This document shows, one piece after another, positions 33,653 to 46,747 of a DNA stretch of 47,084 nt; the stretch's first letter is position 1; each line of letters begins with the position of its first letter. The DNA is from Octopus bimaculoides. Lineage: Eukaryota. Made by a program: the position numbers and the translations under genes. The notes below the pieces were generated by a model. The model made no database searches. It was not told the origin of the DNA and was given only the letters and a program-made list of their open reading frames with translations. The DNA lies in NCBI RefSeq assembly GCF_001194135.2, contig NC_068990.1:85631620-85678703 (forward strand), in the 5' to 3' direction.

Positions 33653-36600
33653 TCGGTGGAATAGGGGGAATGTAGAGATATGATTATTGATATCAGAAAT
33701 ATGGCTGAATAGAAATACTTTGGGGCATCGTTCTGCGTATTATATGTATGAATGCTAGGGTCTCACAAATATGATATAATGGGCTGATTATCCAAACAAT
33801 TAGTAAGTGATAAAATTGCACTAGTTTAAAATCTTTAAAAGAAATCTGAGCTTTTCAACACGCTGCATTGCATCAGGAGGGGGATAAGATTACAGCAGCA
33901 TGGGTTTGATATTTATTGAGCCTGAAAGTTGATCACGACGCATTTGACCATACACGTACATATGTGTATGTATACATACATACTGAAACTGTGTCTATAT
34001 GCGTATATATATATTATGCATTGATATATTATATCATTAAATCATATTACGCTAGATTACTTTAAAATAAATGTGATTCGTAACAGATGGCCCTATGTTT
34101 CGTTCTATACGTGCTAGTCATTTGAACGATGTATTTGGTTGAATTGATGGAATTTATACCAAAGAATGTGATAAGCTGTTTGAACACACGAGTTTTCTAA
34201 GTATTGAAAAGCGAGGAAAAATATATTTTATATCAAATTCAAAGTGATAGGGTATGAGGGAAGCAGTGGTTGAAGAATTGTGATTAGAAAGATAAGGATG
34301 GAACGGTATAAAAATTGAAGGAAGAATTATAATTATATATTACGAAAGAAAAAGAGATTTGTAAGTAAAAATAAAAATATAGCACAAGGAGACGACAAAG
34401 AAATACAAGAGAAAAAAGAAACAGAAAAAACAAACACAATGGACATGGATATGCTCAACCCTTCATCAGTGTCAACCAAATATCATCACGTTTTCGACAC
34501 CTTCCGATAATATTGTTCAGTTTGGTGGAATCAGCAACATAAACTTCTGAAGTATAAATGAGCGGACATGACAGACGAACACAAACAGAAAAAATAAGAC
34601 AAGAAAAGGCGAGATCTGTAGATCGAGCGGTAAAAGAAAAATGAATTATGAGAACAGGGGAAATATGTAAAACAAGAGAAATAAATAAGCACAAACAGTA
34701 ACAATAAAATAATAATAAACGGCACAGAGAGGTATTTGTATACATACGAGAGGGAGTAAAAGATAATTTAGTTCTTTAAGAAACTTGGAGCAATAGAATG
34801 GAAAGGAGTCAGAAAAGAAGCTTAGGTGGGGAGAAGTGAAATCTTTGTAGACGCGTGAAAGGGAACAGAAAATGATTTAAATGCAAAGAATTCAGAAGGA
34901 AAAAATATATAAAATTTTTAAATACGAGAGTGTTCACTAAGGTAGAATGCAGCCATAATTTAAAATTTGAAATTGGAACAAAAGTATAAGAAAATCCACA
35001 TGTCTAGAAATAACGGGTGTTTATCCTTATTACAAATTATAGGTGAGTGTTATTGGGCTGGAAAAATGTTGCTGGCTCACCGTGTCAATAGTCTGAGAGG
35101 TAATGAGAAGAAGACGAAAAAGGGGGCGGAAGAAAGGATACTTCTCTCATAGAATAATTAAATTATCTAACAAGGTATTAGAGATCGGCAGAATGGTGGT
35201 AACATTTTGGTCTAAATAGTAAACTTAATGTAGAATTGAAACAAATCGAACAAGGTGAGTTAACTACTATTGATTGGAGGTTTGGGAAGAACGTGCAGTT
35301 GTCTTTGTAGATTCACATCATTACCGTTTTGGTTGCGGCTCTTAATACCATTTCACTTTAAAACCAATCTGCTGCCTGATTCAGTAGGGTTCTATACGAC
35401 CACCCATATAGGGTTATAACGTAATACAAAGAACATGTCTACAACGAGAGAAAAGCACGAAGCATCAACTTCGTACTTCTTTATTTCATGTTACATATGT
35501 TTCTGTATTCAGTAGTCGATGACGTCATAAATTCGAGCATTTCGGGGGTTTTTGTTTTGTTTTTGTTTTCTGTTTTTTGACAGTGTTCTACATACATCCA
35601 TAACATGCCCATCTGATGAGTGTGGGGTGACACTACCTTCACACGAAATTCTGTGTCATTTTGATCGTCAGTTGAACAACGAAGAACTTACACACAATGC
35701 AAAAACTTCTTTCCAAAATGTTCGTAACATTCTGTTTTACCATATATTATTTTTAAATAGTTAACTTTTAATAAAACTTTTCTTTAGATATTGTAAACTA
35801 TATCGAATATTGTTTACGAAAATTTATANNNNNNNNNNTATATAAGGGGGATGGGATAAATATCCCTCTGGTAAGCATCCATTAATGTTATATCACCTGT
35901 AGAAATGAATCCATGAAGGTGATCTACCCGATGCCCACAGATACTACGGACTACACAACAATCATCCTAGGAATGCGGATTGCGATCTTAAGAGATATAT
36001 GATTTGTGGAAACGCGCGTAGCGATGCATTAAATGTTTTTGAATTCCATCCAAGAATTGGTATTATTACTATATATATAGACACACATCCACATATATAC
36101 ATGCTTACATGCAAGCATACACACACACACTCACACACACACACTCTCTCTCTCACATACACACATGCAGACAAACACACACACACACATAAATATTTCC
36201 ACATTCAAACGAACAATAATGTATTCATTGCATGTGTTTAATTCAATTCAACGAATGAACTATGACATCGGTGAACCTTTACGAATTACTGATCTCGGCT
36301 TTTTGTCAGACATCAAACTGTAATATTTTACTATTAAATGTAAAATATGAAGTTTCTAGATAGGAAATTTATAAATGCTTCCACACCTATATCGTTTTGA
36401 ACAGCTGCGTCAATGTTATATACTTAATAAAAATGTCACTTTTGACGACATGGATATACAGCTTACAATATAAATGGCATATTTGTATGTGCTATTTATT
36501 TTATTTCATGCATTTTGAATTTATATGTGGGTGTATTTGTGTCAGTATATGTGTATATAGGTATGCATGTGCGTAGGGGTGCATCTGTAGGTGTGTGCCT

Positions 36601-36728
36601 GCGCCCGTGCGCGCGTTTGTAAGTGGTGACGTTATATTTGTGTAGTCGTAATAGCCATTAAAATATAGCTGCCATTGTTAAAGTGGAGCACAGCAATGAC
36701 ACAGTTTTGTGTGTGTGTGTGTGTATGC

Positions 36729-36778
<50 letters not shown>

Positions 36779-36833
36779 AATAGTGGTACAACAATGCATC
36801 GATACATATATACATATATGTATATGTTTATAT

Positions 36834-36864
<31 letters not shown>

Positions 36865-36874
36865 CATACATATG

Positions 36875-36919
<45 letters not shown>

Positions 36920-37295
36920 TAGATAGATAGATAATGTATAAGTGTATACATACATATGTGTGTGTGTGTGTGTGAGAGAGAGAGGGAGAGAGAGAGAGAT
37001 TGTACATACAAATATATGTGTATGTTTGTGTTCCTGTGTGTCTACGCGTAAGTGTGTATGTATATGTTCGATTTATAGGGATAAGAACACAATAAACGAA
37101 TATATTTACTCTGTAACGTTCAGTACTTTTTTTATTGAGTATTACAGTAACCAGATCAGATTTTCTTTGATCCCTGCTCTCTCTCTCTCTCTCTCCGTAT
37201 ATATGTATGTATATACATATATATGTATGTATGTGTGTGAGTGTGTGTACACATACATATATATACACACACACACATATATATATGTGTGTAGG

Positions 37296-37393
<98 letters not shown>

Positions 37394-37425
37394 TATATAC
37401 ACGCACACACACACACACACATATA

Positions 37426-37552
37426 TATACTCACAAGGCTTCGGTCGGCTCAAGGCTTTAGTAGAAGACACTTTGCTCGAGGTGCCACGCAGTGGGACTG
37501 AACCCAGAATCATGTGGTTGGGAAGCAAGCTTCTTACCACACAACCACGCCT
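37426..37552 (-). mobile_element. SINE family B 5' half
   Basis: Reverse complement of the B head. Confidence 0.8.
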
Positions 37553-37679
37553 TAACTTTTTTAAATTTCAAGAATGATTTCAGGCGACATTCGAGTCAGT
37601 CGTCATTCATTTAGTATTTGTTAGCTTGGCGGAGGGATTTCGCTGACATACTGCAAATTCAACATGCCCGTCGTCGTCA

Positions 37680-37746
<67 letters not shown>
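37680..37746. repeat. (AGT)n microsatellite
   Basis: Directly visible. Confidence 0.97.
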
Positions 37747-37748
<2 letters not shown>

Positions 37749-39355
37749 GGTTTTGAGTAAAGTATGCTTCGCTGACATGTTCTAATATTTCCGAAACTCA
37801 TTGCTTTCACCAGCTGGGTTTCTAATTTCTTTTATCTGATCTTGTTATAATTATCTCCCTTAATTATAGTCTCTTGGATTGTAAACACTTCTTTTGTCTA
37901 CTAATTACTTATATTATCTTAATTAATCTAAGTTTTTCAACCCACTATATGGCATATATGAGGCCCTGTTGTATTTATAGCAGTATACAATCTTGTTCAA
38001 ACACCATTCCAAAGAAATCACTACATCGCTTTCGGAGTATATTTGGCAAAAGAAAGTTAGCGGGTGAATCTATTGATATTGCATGGTCTGTGAGCGGACA
38101 GAGCCGCTCCATCCTGTTGTAGTTCGAAGTAGTGCAACTTGTGTAACTCAAATAAATATAGAATAAACCACTTCATATCAATAATGAACAGACCGACTGA
38201 ACTAATACCGAATTGTAGACGCAATATGTTATTTTTTTTTTCAGAGCAAATAGACAAGGTCCTAGTGATGACACATATCACGTGACACACCACCATTTTG
38301 TCTTTTGCTTCAGAAATCATAACGAAAGAGTGCAGTCTCCATGTTTTGTAATACTAGCGTGAGACCATAGAATAGGAATAATTACAAGCACCAAATGTAT
38401 ATAGTCTCACACAACTGTCCAGATAGGACAATAGTTTCATGTTTTGTTGTGCTTTCATTTATTGTTAGTCGGTTGTATCTACTGTGGTACATTGTCCGGT
38501 ATTTATTTCATCTACCTCAAGAGATAGGAAAAAATATCAACTGTTTATATAAGAAAGCAAACAATATACATAAAAAGAATATTACGAGTGATTTTTGTAC
38601 ATTCGCATACCTATGCAGTCACACCCACACCCACGCGCACACACATACACACGCATACTTCGAGGTAATTCGACGGTCTTCTTGAGTGTTTTGTAAGTAG
38701 GAGTAAGTTTTACATTAATAGAGCGAACTGAGAGGAAATAAGGCCGTCTCCGTGATCTGAGTAAAGGTGGGCGTTTAATCACTAAAGGAATTTATCATAA
38801 CACTCAAAGTGCGGCTGGAAAAATCGGTGGAAAGAGTGGAGGGTGGGTATACTGTCCAGACTGTAGATATTTGCCGTCTGTCTTACATAAATATTGATAA
38901 TTTTATCTGAATCATTAGTAAAATAATCATCGGTGGTAATTAGTAAATAATTGGCAACTCATTATACAATCAAATTATACTTTCTACATGCAGGCACGCA
39001 CCCATTCATGTAATGCACACAATGTTCTAATTACACTCACGGAACATTAGCCGCAGCTGACTGGCTATTTAGACAATAATAGGTGTGGTCATTAATGTTT
39101 GAACAGTCCTTAATAATATATTAAAATGCTGAATAATGTCCTATGTTGCTCAGTGACTAAAAGAGTTGTTAATAAACAGGAGAACACCGAACTACTAAAT
39201 AATGTGTTGTTTTTTTTTAAGATTATTTTTGATCTGGTAACTTTTACGGTTGCTGGGTGAAGTGAAGTAATGGAAAATTGATTGTGCTGCACGCCTTTAA
39301 AACAAAACACCATCTCATTTATTCAACGAAATGTTGGCTCATATAATAAAAAAAA

Positions 39356-39668
39356 AGGGATAAGCGTCGCCCTTTCAAAGCCTAGTCAAGCTCATGAGCC
39401 CGGTTTCCCGGTTTCTATGGCGTATGTGTTTCCCCCAGCTGGACGGGACGAAAGTCCACTGCAGCGTTACTCAAGAAACAGGAAGAAAGAGTGAGAGAAA
39501 GTTGGGGCGAAAGAGTACAACAGGGGTCGTCACCACCCCCTTCCGGAGCCTCGTGGAGCTTAGGTGTTTTCGCTCAATAAACACTCACAACGCCCGGTCT
39601 GGGAATCGAAACCGCGATCCTCCGAGCGCGAGTCCGCTGCCCTAACCACTGGGCCATTGTGCCTCCAC
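39356..39668 (-). mobile_element. SINE family H, apparently full length and CpG-rich (young)
   Basis: Head GTGGAGGCACAATGGCCCAGTGGTTAGGG...GGTTTCGATTCCC has clear A/B boxes and retains many CpGs. Confidence 0.85.
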
Positions 39669-39737
39669 GTTGTCTCATATACAGAACAAACAAAAAAATG
39701 TATCGGAAAAACGAAATGCCAGCTCAGTATAAAGGAG

Positions 39738-40095
39738 CCAAATGGTTGTGTGGCTCAGGAGCTCGCGTTGAAGCCCCATAGTTCCGAGTTCAGTCCCACT
39801 GCGCAGCACTTTGGGTATCTTCTACTATAGCCCCGGACCGACCAATACCTTGTGAGTGTAAATTTGGTAGACAGAAACAGCGCAGAAGCCCGTTCTGTGT
39901 CTTTGTGTTTTTGTTTGCCCGCCGACCGCTTGACGACCGGTGTTAGTTTGTTTACATCCCAGTAATTAGCTGTTCGGCAACAGAGATCGATAGAATAAGT
40001 ACCAGACTTTAAAAAAACAAAAACAGAAACGTAACTGAAGTCGATTTATTCGACTAAAGCCTTCAAGGAGATGCCCCAGTATGGCAAGTAAAAGA
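39738..40095 (+). mobile_element. SINE family B, diverged full length
   Basis: Colinear with 8640-9000. Confidence 0.75.
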
Positions 40096-41681
40096 TAAAA
40101 GAAAAGATAGAGATACAGTATACAGTATACAGAAACGTACTGAGCCGATAGATAATAAGCGACTCGTTTAGTTTTAGAGTCAGCCTACAAACTCGGTTTC
40201 AGAATAGCTCATACATAAATTATGTCTTCATGTAAATGATTTCTGTATGGGACAGTTAACAAATAGATTAGTGAGCAGACACTCATAATGTTCATTCGCC
40301 GTGTTTTGTTAATACCTTTTACGTCTTTTCTCTCCATTTTATATTGTTTACAATATATGATATAGTACATTACTTCACTTTATCTATAACGTCTGCTCTC
40401 TATATATAAAACCTAGTTCACTAAAATAAATATCTGCTTGGAGCCTAAAGTCTCATAAAGCTGGGAGATTATTCGGTTCAAGCAGAAAGTACAAGATACC
40501 CTCGTGAACAAGACGCCAGTTCGTTGCAAGGTATCAAAGCATCAGTGCTGCTAATTTTGAGCTGAGTGTAGTGNNNNNNNNNNNNNNNNNNNNNNNNNNN
40601 NNNNNNNNNNNNNNNNNNNNNNNNNNNNNNNNNNNNNNNNNNNNNNNNNNNNNNNNNNNNNNNNNNNNNNNNNNNNNNNNNNNNNNNNNNNNNNNNNNNN
40701 NNNNNNNNNNNNNNNNNNNNNNNNNNNNNNNNNNNNNNNNNNNNNNNNNNNNNNNNNNNNNNNNNNNNNNNNNNNNNNNNNNNNNNNNNNNNNNNNNNNN
40801 NNNNNNNNNNNNNNNNNNNNNNNNNNNNNNNNNNNNNNNNNNNNNNNNNNNNNNNNNNNNNNNNNNNNNNNNNNNNNNNNNNNNNNNNNNNNNNNNNNNN
40901 NNNNNNNNNNNNNNNNNNNNNNNNNNNNNTATATATATAATCATTACAGATATAGGGTGGATACAGACTGACTTGTCTATAAATTCGGATATGCTGCTTT
41001 TGTTATGTGATGTGCGATATCGTCTGGTCGAGCATACATAGTTTTTGCCAGCATTTTCAAATTTATAACCTAGAATATCATACTGATGACGGAAATCAAT
41101 TATTTTACTATTCTGATCCAGAAACGCGTCTATGATTAACTAGAGGCTGGTTAGTTTCGTTATATTTTTCTTCTTGTATTTGTCTATGTGAGTTACAGGT
41201 ATTTGCTATTTGTTGGAGAATTATTCTAGTAGTAGAATTAGCACTTTAACTGCTATTTCTAATTTTCGGTATGTGCTGAAGCAACTGTTGCTGATCCATT
41301 AATTGTGTATGTATGTATGTATATNNNNNNNNNNNNNNNNNNNNNNNNNNNNNNNNNNNNNNNNNNNNNNNNNNNNNNNNNNNNNNNNNNNNNNNNNNNN
41401 NNNNNNNNNNNNNNNNNNNNNNNNNNNNNNNNNNNNNNNNNNNNNNNNNNNNNNNNNNNNNNNNNNNNNNNNNNNNNNNNNNNNNNNNNNNNNNNNNNNN
41501 NNNNNNNNNNNNNNNNNNNNNNNNNNNNNNNNNNNNNNNNNNNNNNNNNNNNNNNNNNNNNNNNNNNNNNNNNNNNNNNNNNNNNNNNNNNNNNNNNNNN
41601 NNNNNNNNNNNNNNNNNNNNNNNNNNNNNNNNNNNNNNNNNNNNNNNNNNNNNNNNNNNNNNNNNNNNNNNNNNNNNNNNN

Positions 41682-41720
<39 letters not shown>

Positions 41721-41960
41721 GTACATGAAGCCATTTCATATTGCTTACATTATTTATTCAATCTAGTGCATCGCTCAGTCTTAATAATGTCTGCACTGTT
41801 TATACAACTTACAACGGCATTATTCCTCTTTGAATCAAACTGTTTACATTATTCATATGATCTAGTACATTACTCCACAGCTCCATTTTACTGCTTATTG
41901 TGCACACTATATAGTCTAGTAAGTTACTTCACTCTATTTTATATTGTCTACACCAGCGCT

Positions 41961-42377
41961 TCTATACCTGAGTTTCCCGGAACAATGGGGTCCGGCGTGG
42001 AAATAGTGGTGAATAAACTAACTATAAATAAATGTATTTTGAATAGTCTTTGTTACTTTAATATATACGCCCGGCATATTCGAAACATTGGTGTTTGTAG
42101 GTAGCAAAGAAAGTTTGTGGGGGAAATGATTTGTTAATGGGAAGTAATTGGAGAATTTAGTTTAAATAACGTCTTAGTTAAGATGAAATTTCTTAAATCT
42201 TCTTTGTGGTCTCTAATGGCTTTTTGCTTTAAATACTGATTAATCTTTCAAAGATAGTTTTATGATGTAGCATAACGTAGTATTATGAAAGGATTAGCAA
42301 AGATAAGAACTTTTATGTTGGGGTTATCTAAGATATGGAATGTATTTCATGGGTTACCCGCGGCTTGAAAATGCTAG
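41961..42377 (+). mobile_element. Possible non-autonomous Helitron
   Basis: Starts TCTATA. Ends with the hairpin CATGGG-TTA-CCCGCG (CGCGGG before CpG decay), a spacer and CTAG at 42374-42377. The flanks are T/G rather than the canonical A/T. Confidence 0.35.
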
Positions 42378-43392
42378 GTCTACACCATCTGTCTTATAAA
42401 GTATAAGACTTCTCTATTTTATATTGTCTACACTATATAATGTACTAGATTACTTCTTATTATACCAGATTACTTCTTACTCTGTATGCTAGGTCGTTGA
42501 CCTGGCAGTACTCCCGTCGAGTGTGTTTGGAGCTGCCTTAGGGACAGAAAATGTCCAGGAGACGCTAGATGTTTAAAAGAAATTATGTTTTTCCTAAGAA
42601 ATAAATTTAAACCAGGCACAACACGTATATTTTAAACACATCATTAAACACAGTAGAATATCCTGCGGTAACAAAACATCTCTCCGAACACTTTGATAAT
42701 TTTCTTTCTTTTATTTGAAAAGGGAAACCTTTTCCGAAATATTACAGAATCATTAAGTAATCTATGTACGGTAATGCCATATCTTTTCTCTTTGCTTTCA
42801 TTTATTGACATCACATTACATATTTTGCTCAACTGCTCATCAGCATTGCTCAACGGTTTTCTTCAAACATGTATATCTTTTACATATATTGTAATACTTC
42901 AAAGAAATTACAACACTCTTCTATTTAAAGAAATTCTCAGTCGCGATTAATATATGAGTCATTGTGTTATCAGTGAGTACAAACATGACCCATGATGCAC
43001 CGAAGTCTAATATAATTTCATCACGTAATAATATAATTTCATCACATAATCTAATCTAGAAAATGGGGGCATTGGTCCACGCAAGTATCTAAAAGGAAGC
43101 ACATGGTGAATGGGATACTCTTTAAAAATATGCATAATACATCACTTCATGACATAGACAAATTGCCTGACATTGTGTTATTAAGCATGTCTTCCTATGT
43201 ATGTGAGTGCGCGCGTGTTTGCGTGTGTATGTGTGTGTGTGTGTGAAAGGCGTGGACATAGAAGGTCCTCTAATACAACAGGATTTCCAGATATTTCTCA
43301 TTCTCTACATTGTTTGTAAGTGAATATACAGACATATGTATGTATGTGTGTATGAATATGTACGTAAGTATGTATTTATATACATGTATATA

Positions 43393-43424
43393 GGCGTAGG
43401 CGTGGCTGTGTGGTAAGTAGATTG

Positions 43425-43473
<49 letters not shown>

Positions 43474-43481
43474 GATTGTTA

Positions 43482-43579
<98 letters not shown>

Positions 43580-43657
43580 ATATGTTTGTGTGTCTGTGTT
43601 TGTCCACCCCCACCCCCCACATCGCTTGACAACCGATGCTGGTGTGTTTACGTCCCC
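43393..43657 (+). mobile_element. SINE family B with its internal segment replaced by a (TA)n/(TG)n expansion, 3'-truncated
   Basis: Head GGCGTAGGCGTGGCTGTGTGGTAAG; tail stops at GTTTACGTCCCCG. Confidence 0.75.
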
Positions 43658-44043
43658 GCAGTAGCCCAACATGTCGTGTATGTAAACAACATAATGAAAC
43701 CATCGATCAGGTTGTCTTTATGTGCAGTCTTCTTGCGCCTACTGAGTATCTCAACAGGCATGATAGAGCAGCACAGTATATTCAATGGGTAATTTGCAAA
43801 AACCTGGACCTGCCCCATGACAAAAACTGGTGGGAACACAAACCACTTCCAATGCTTGAAAATGATCACATCTCCCTCCTCTGGAACTCCACCGTTCAAA
43901 CTAACAGAAAGATAGATGCGAATAAGCCAGGCATTATATTGAAGGACTTCAGACAAAAATCATGCCTCCTCATCGATATGACTGTCCCAGCCGACATAAA
44001 TGTACCTGCCAAGACCTACTAAAAACTGAGCAAGTATAAAGAT
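43658..44043 (+). mobile_element. Fragment of an R4/Dong-like (restriction-like endonuclease) non-LTR retrotransposon ORF C-terminus
   Basis: ORF 43636-44022 contains CRVCKQHNETIDQVVFMC (CCHC knuckle, His changed to Gln), LNRHD, NKPGI (KPDI changed), LIDMTVPAD, then an in-frame stop followed by KLSKYKD. This is the standard RLE motif order. Confidence 0.88.
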
Positions 44044-44227
44044 CGTTTCGTCTGCCGCTACATTCTGAGTTCAAATTCCGCCGAGGTCGACTTTGCCTTT
44101 CATCCTTTCGGGGTCGATAAATGAAGTACCAGTTACGCACTGGGGTCGATGTAATCGACTTAATCCCTTTGCCTGTCCTTGTTTGTCTCCTCTATGTTTA
44201 GCCCCTTGAGGGCAATAAAGAAATAAA
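44044..44227 (+). mobile_element. SINE family A, 5'-truncated, variant tail
   Basis: Exact core TTCTGAGTTCAAATTCCGCCGAGGTCGACTTTGCCTTTCATCCTTTCGGGGTCGATAAA. Confidence 0.85.
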
Positions 44228-44651
44228 TATATAACATCTTATCTTGAAGACTGGAAAAAATGTTGTACGATCTCTTCCGGGAATCGAACCTCATGTCTAC
44301 TGCAAACCGTGTGGTGGTACTAATCGACACGCTCGGAGACCAGCGCGCGCACACACCTATATACGTATGTATATATATATATGTATGTAGGTAGGTAGGC
44401 AGGTATGTAGATAGGTATGTGGATATTGTTTGCACATACAGGAGTGGCTGATTTGTGTGTGTGTGTGTGTGTGTGTGAGGAGAGAGAGAGAGAGCGAGAG
44501 AGAGTAGCTGCGTGTACTTTGAATGTCCATATGTGTGAAAGTGTGTATATATGCTCTTTGTTGCACAATCTGGAATTATTGGCATAAACAAACCTGGAAT
44601 GTGGAATATTCATTGTGTCAGCACATAACAACACCAACAAGAACAATGACA

Positions 44652-44704
44652 GTAACTACTACTACTACTACTACTATTACTACTACTACTACTACTACTA
44701 CTAT

Positions 44705-44745
<41 letters not shown>
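44652..44745. repeat. (ACT)n microsatellite
   Basis: Directly visible. Confidence 0.97.
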
Positions 44746-44746
<1 letters not shown>

Positions 44747-44998
44747 ATAGTTCACACACCCACCGACAAATCTCAAGGCTAGTGCGCTGCTGCTGCTGAT
44801 AGTAATGATGGCGATGATGATGGTGATGATGATGGTAACGGAGGCAGGCTATCGGCTTGTCCTATTTTGTGGCTCTACAACCACGCACGCACGCACCCAC
44901 ATGTACGCGAGCACGCACACACATGCACGCGCGCGCGCAACCACACCCATACACGAATAAGAAACCATCATTCCCACCACCTCTACTTTAATGAACTT

Positions 44999-45048
44999 CT
45001 ACGTGGTCACTGCACCTGCTAGAAATAGCAGGTACAGTGACCACGTAG
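44999..45048. repeat. Inverted repeat: 23-bp arms, one mismatch, GAAA loop
   Basis: CTACGTGGTCACTGCACCTGCTA-GAAA-TAGCAGGTACAGTGACCACGTAG. Confidence 0.95.
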
Positions 45049-45524
45049 GAGCTGACTGGAAGTTCACACCAAAGTTCACATCAAACTAAAGACAACTGGA
45101 TATAGTAGTTCCAGATATACAAATGGGATGGTTATGGCTGGAGAGTCTTTTAACACTTGTGCTGTTGTGTTTGGCCCAAAGTTGACCAGGGTTAAGCAAC
45201 AATTGCATCAAGAGAGTCGAAGTCAGTGCCAAATTTAGATGAAAAGCCCCTGGGCTCTTCATCCAAATCATGTGCAGACTTTCCAAATCCCTCACCTTCA
45301 AGACTAGAATTATATGTACACCTTGGCTGGTGGCCCCTTAGATTCTGTGGGTCTAGGTTTCTGCCTGCCAAGCCGGTAGGTAACGCCACGACTGGTCAGT
45401 GTCTATGACAGAACACTTACGTGTTTGTTTGCCCATACTAGAAAGAGCAACCTAAATCCATCAGATTAGCACCACCGACGATCATAAAAAGCATGACAAA
45501 GAATACATTCTTTGTTTCATGTGA

Positions 45525-45760
45525 CTCTTGTGGGGTCCATAAAAGATTTTGTTATTAAAATTTATTTCCAATAAATTGTTTATACTTCCACAATACACAA
45601 AATATTCCAACTTTTTTTTTTTTAAGTACAATTTCTAATAATATTTAATTACAAAAATATTAGATTTTTTTTTTAACGGTGAATGGTTAGGAAGGTCCAC
45701 GCGAATAGAATAAGAATGAAAGGAATTCATAGGTAAAAAAAAAATGGTTGAGAAACACTG
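45525..45760. mobile_element. Truncated relative of the hAT MITE at 15112
   Basis: Ends AAATGGTTGAGAAACACTG (same TIR type) and shares GGGGTCCAT motifs. No left TIR or TSD found. Confidence 0.5.
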
Positions 45761-45903
45761 TATTTCCCAACGTTGATCATATGCCCCACCGGATGGGGCC
45801 TGGGAAAATTGTGGTGGGCCGTGGAATCCAATTTTTTTTTTTTGTAAGTGGGACATGGAATTGTAAAAATCGTTTTTTCACAGCAAACACACTATACCTA
45901 TAC

Positions 45904-45983
45904 CCAGCCAAGCAAAACCAATCCCTCCAGCCAAGCAAAACCAATCCCTCCAGCCAAGCAAAACCAATCCCTCCAGCCAAGCA
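45904..45983. repeat. Perfect 23-bp tandem repeat, 3.5 copies (CCAGCCAAGCAAAACCAATCCCT)
   Basis: Units start at 45904, 45927, 45950 and 45973 (partial). Confidence 0.97.
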
Positions 45984-45994
45984 TACTGTCAGAA

Positions 45995-46217
45995 GACTGT
46001 TTGCAATTCAAAATTCAACCGAGGTCGACTTCACCTTTCATTCCTTTCGGGGTCGGTAAATTAAGTACCAGTTGCGTACTAGGGTCCATCTAATCGACTG
46101 GCCGCCTATCCCAAAATTTCGGGTCTTGTGCCTAGAGTAGAAAAGAGTATTATTCCTTGGCAATGGAAGGTGGCGAGCTGGCAGAGTCGTTAGCGCGCCG
46201 GGCGAAATGCTTAGCGC
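45995..46217 (+). mobile_element. SINE family A 3' part (45995-46152) plus a separate head fragment (46167-46217)
   Basis: Core and head motifs match other A copies. Confidence 0.8.
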
Positions 46218-46551
46218 CATCTCTTGTTTCTCTCTCTCTCTCTCACTCACTTTGTGTGCACGTGTGTGTGTATGTATGTGTGTGTGTCTCTGTGTTTGTG
46301 TCTGTGTGTATGTGTGTCTGTCTGTGTTTGTGTGTGTGTGTATATATATATGTGTGTGCGTGTATATGTGTGTGTGTGTATATATATGTGTGTGCGTGTA
46401 TATGTGTGTGTGTGTGTGTGCGTGCGTGTACTATGGCTTTCACTACAAAACCGCCATTATAGTAAAATACCAGGCCGTATGTCCGCCGGACCCCTCCACT
46501 CTCTCATTATTAAAATCAGGTCGAAATCATGAATATGTGGGATTATTTTTG

Positions 46552-46594
<43 letters not shown>

Positions 46595-46698
46595 NNNNNN
46601 NNNNNNNNNNNNNNNNNNNNNNNNNNNNNNNNNNNNNNNNNNNNNNNNNNNNNNNNNNNNNNNNNNNNNNNNNNNNNNNNNNNNNNNNNNNNNNNNNN

Positions 46699-46747
<49 letters not shown>

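Noticed and set aside
35008-35254. Two plus-strand GTGAGT donors with short upstream frames
   Set aside because: Weak acceptors, 21-35-nt segments and no homology; compatible with chance.
42644-42950. ORFs on both strands, possibly a transposase remnant
   Set aside because: No diagnostic motif recognised.
45086-45408. Cluster of 60-71-aa ORFs
   Set aside because: Partly a dispersed repeat also seen at about 22030-22060; no domain motif.
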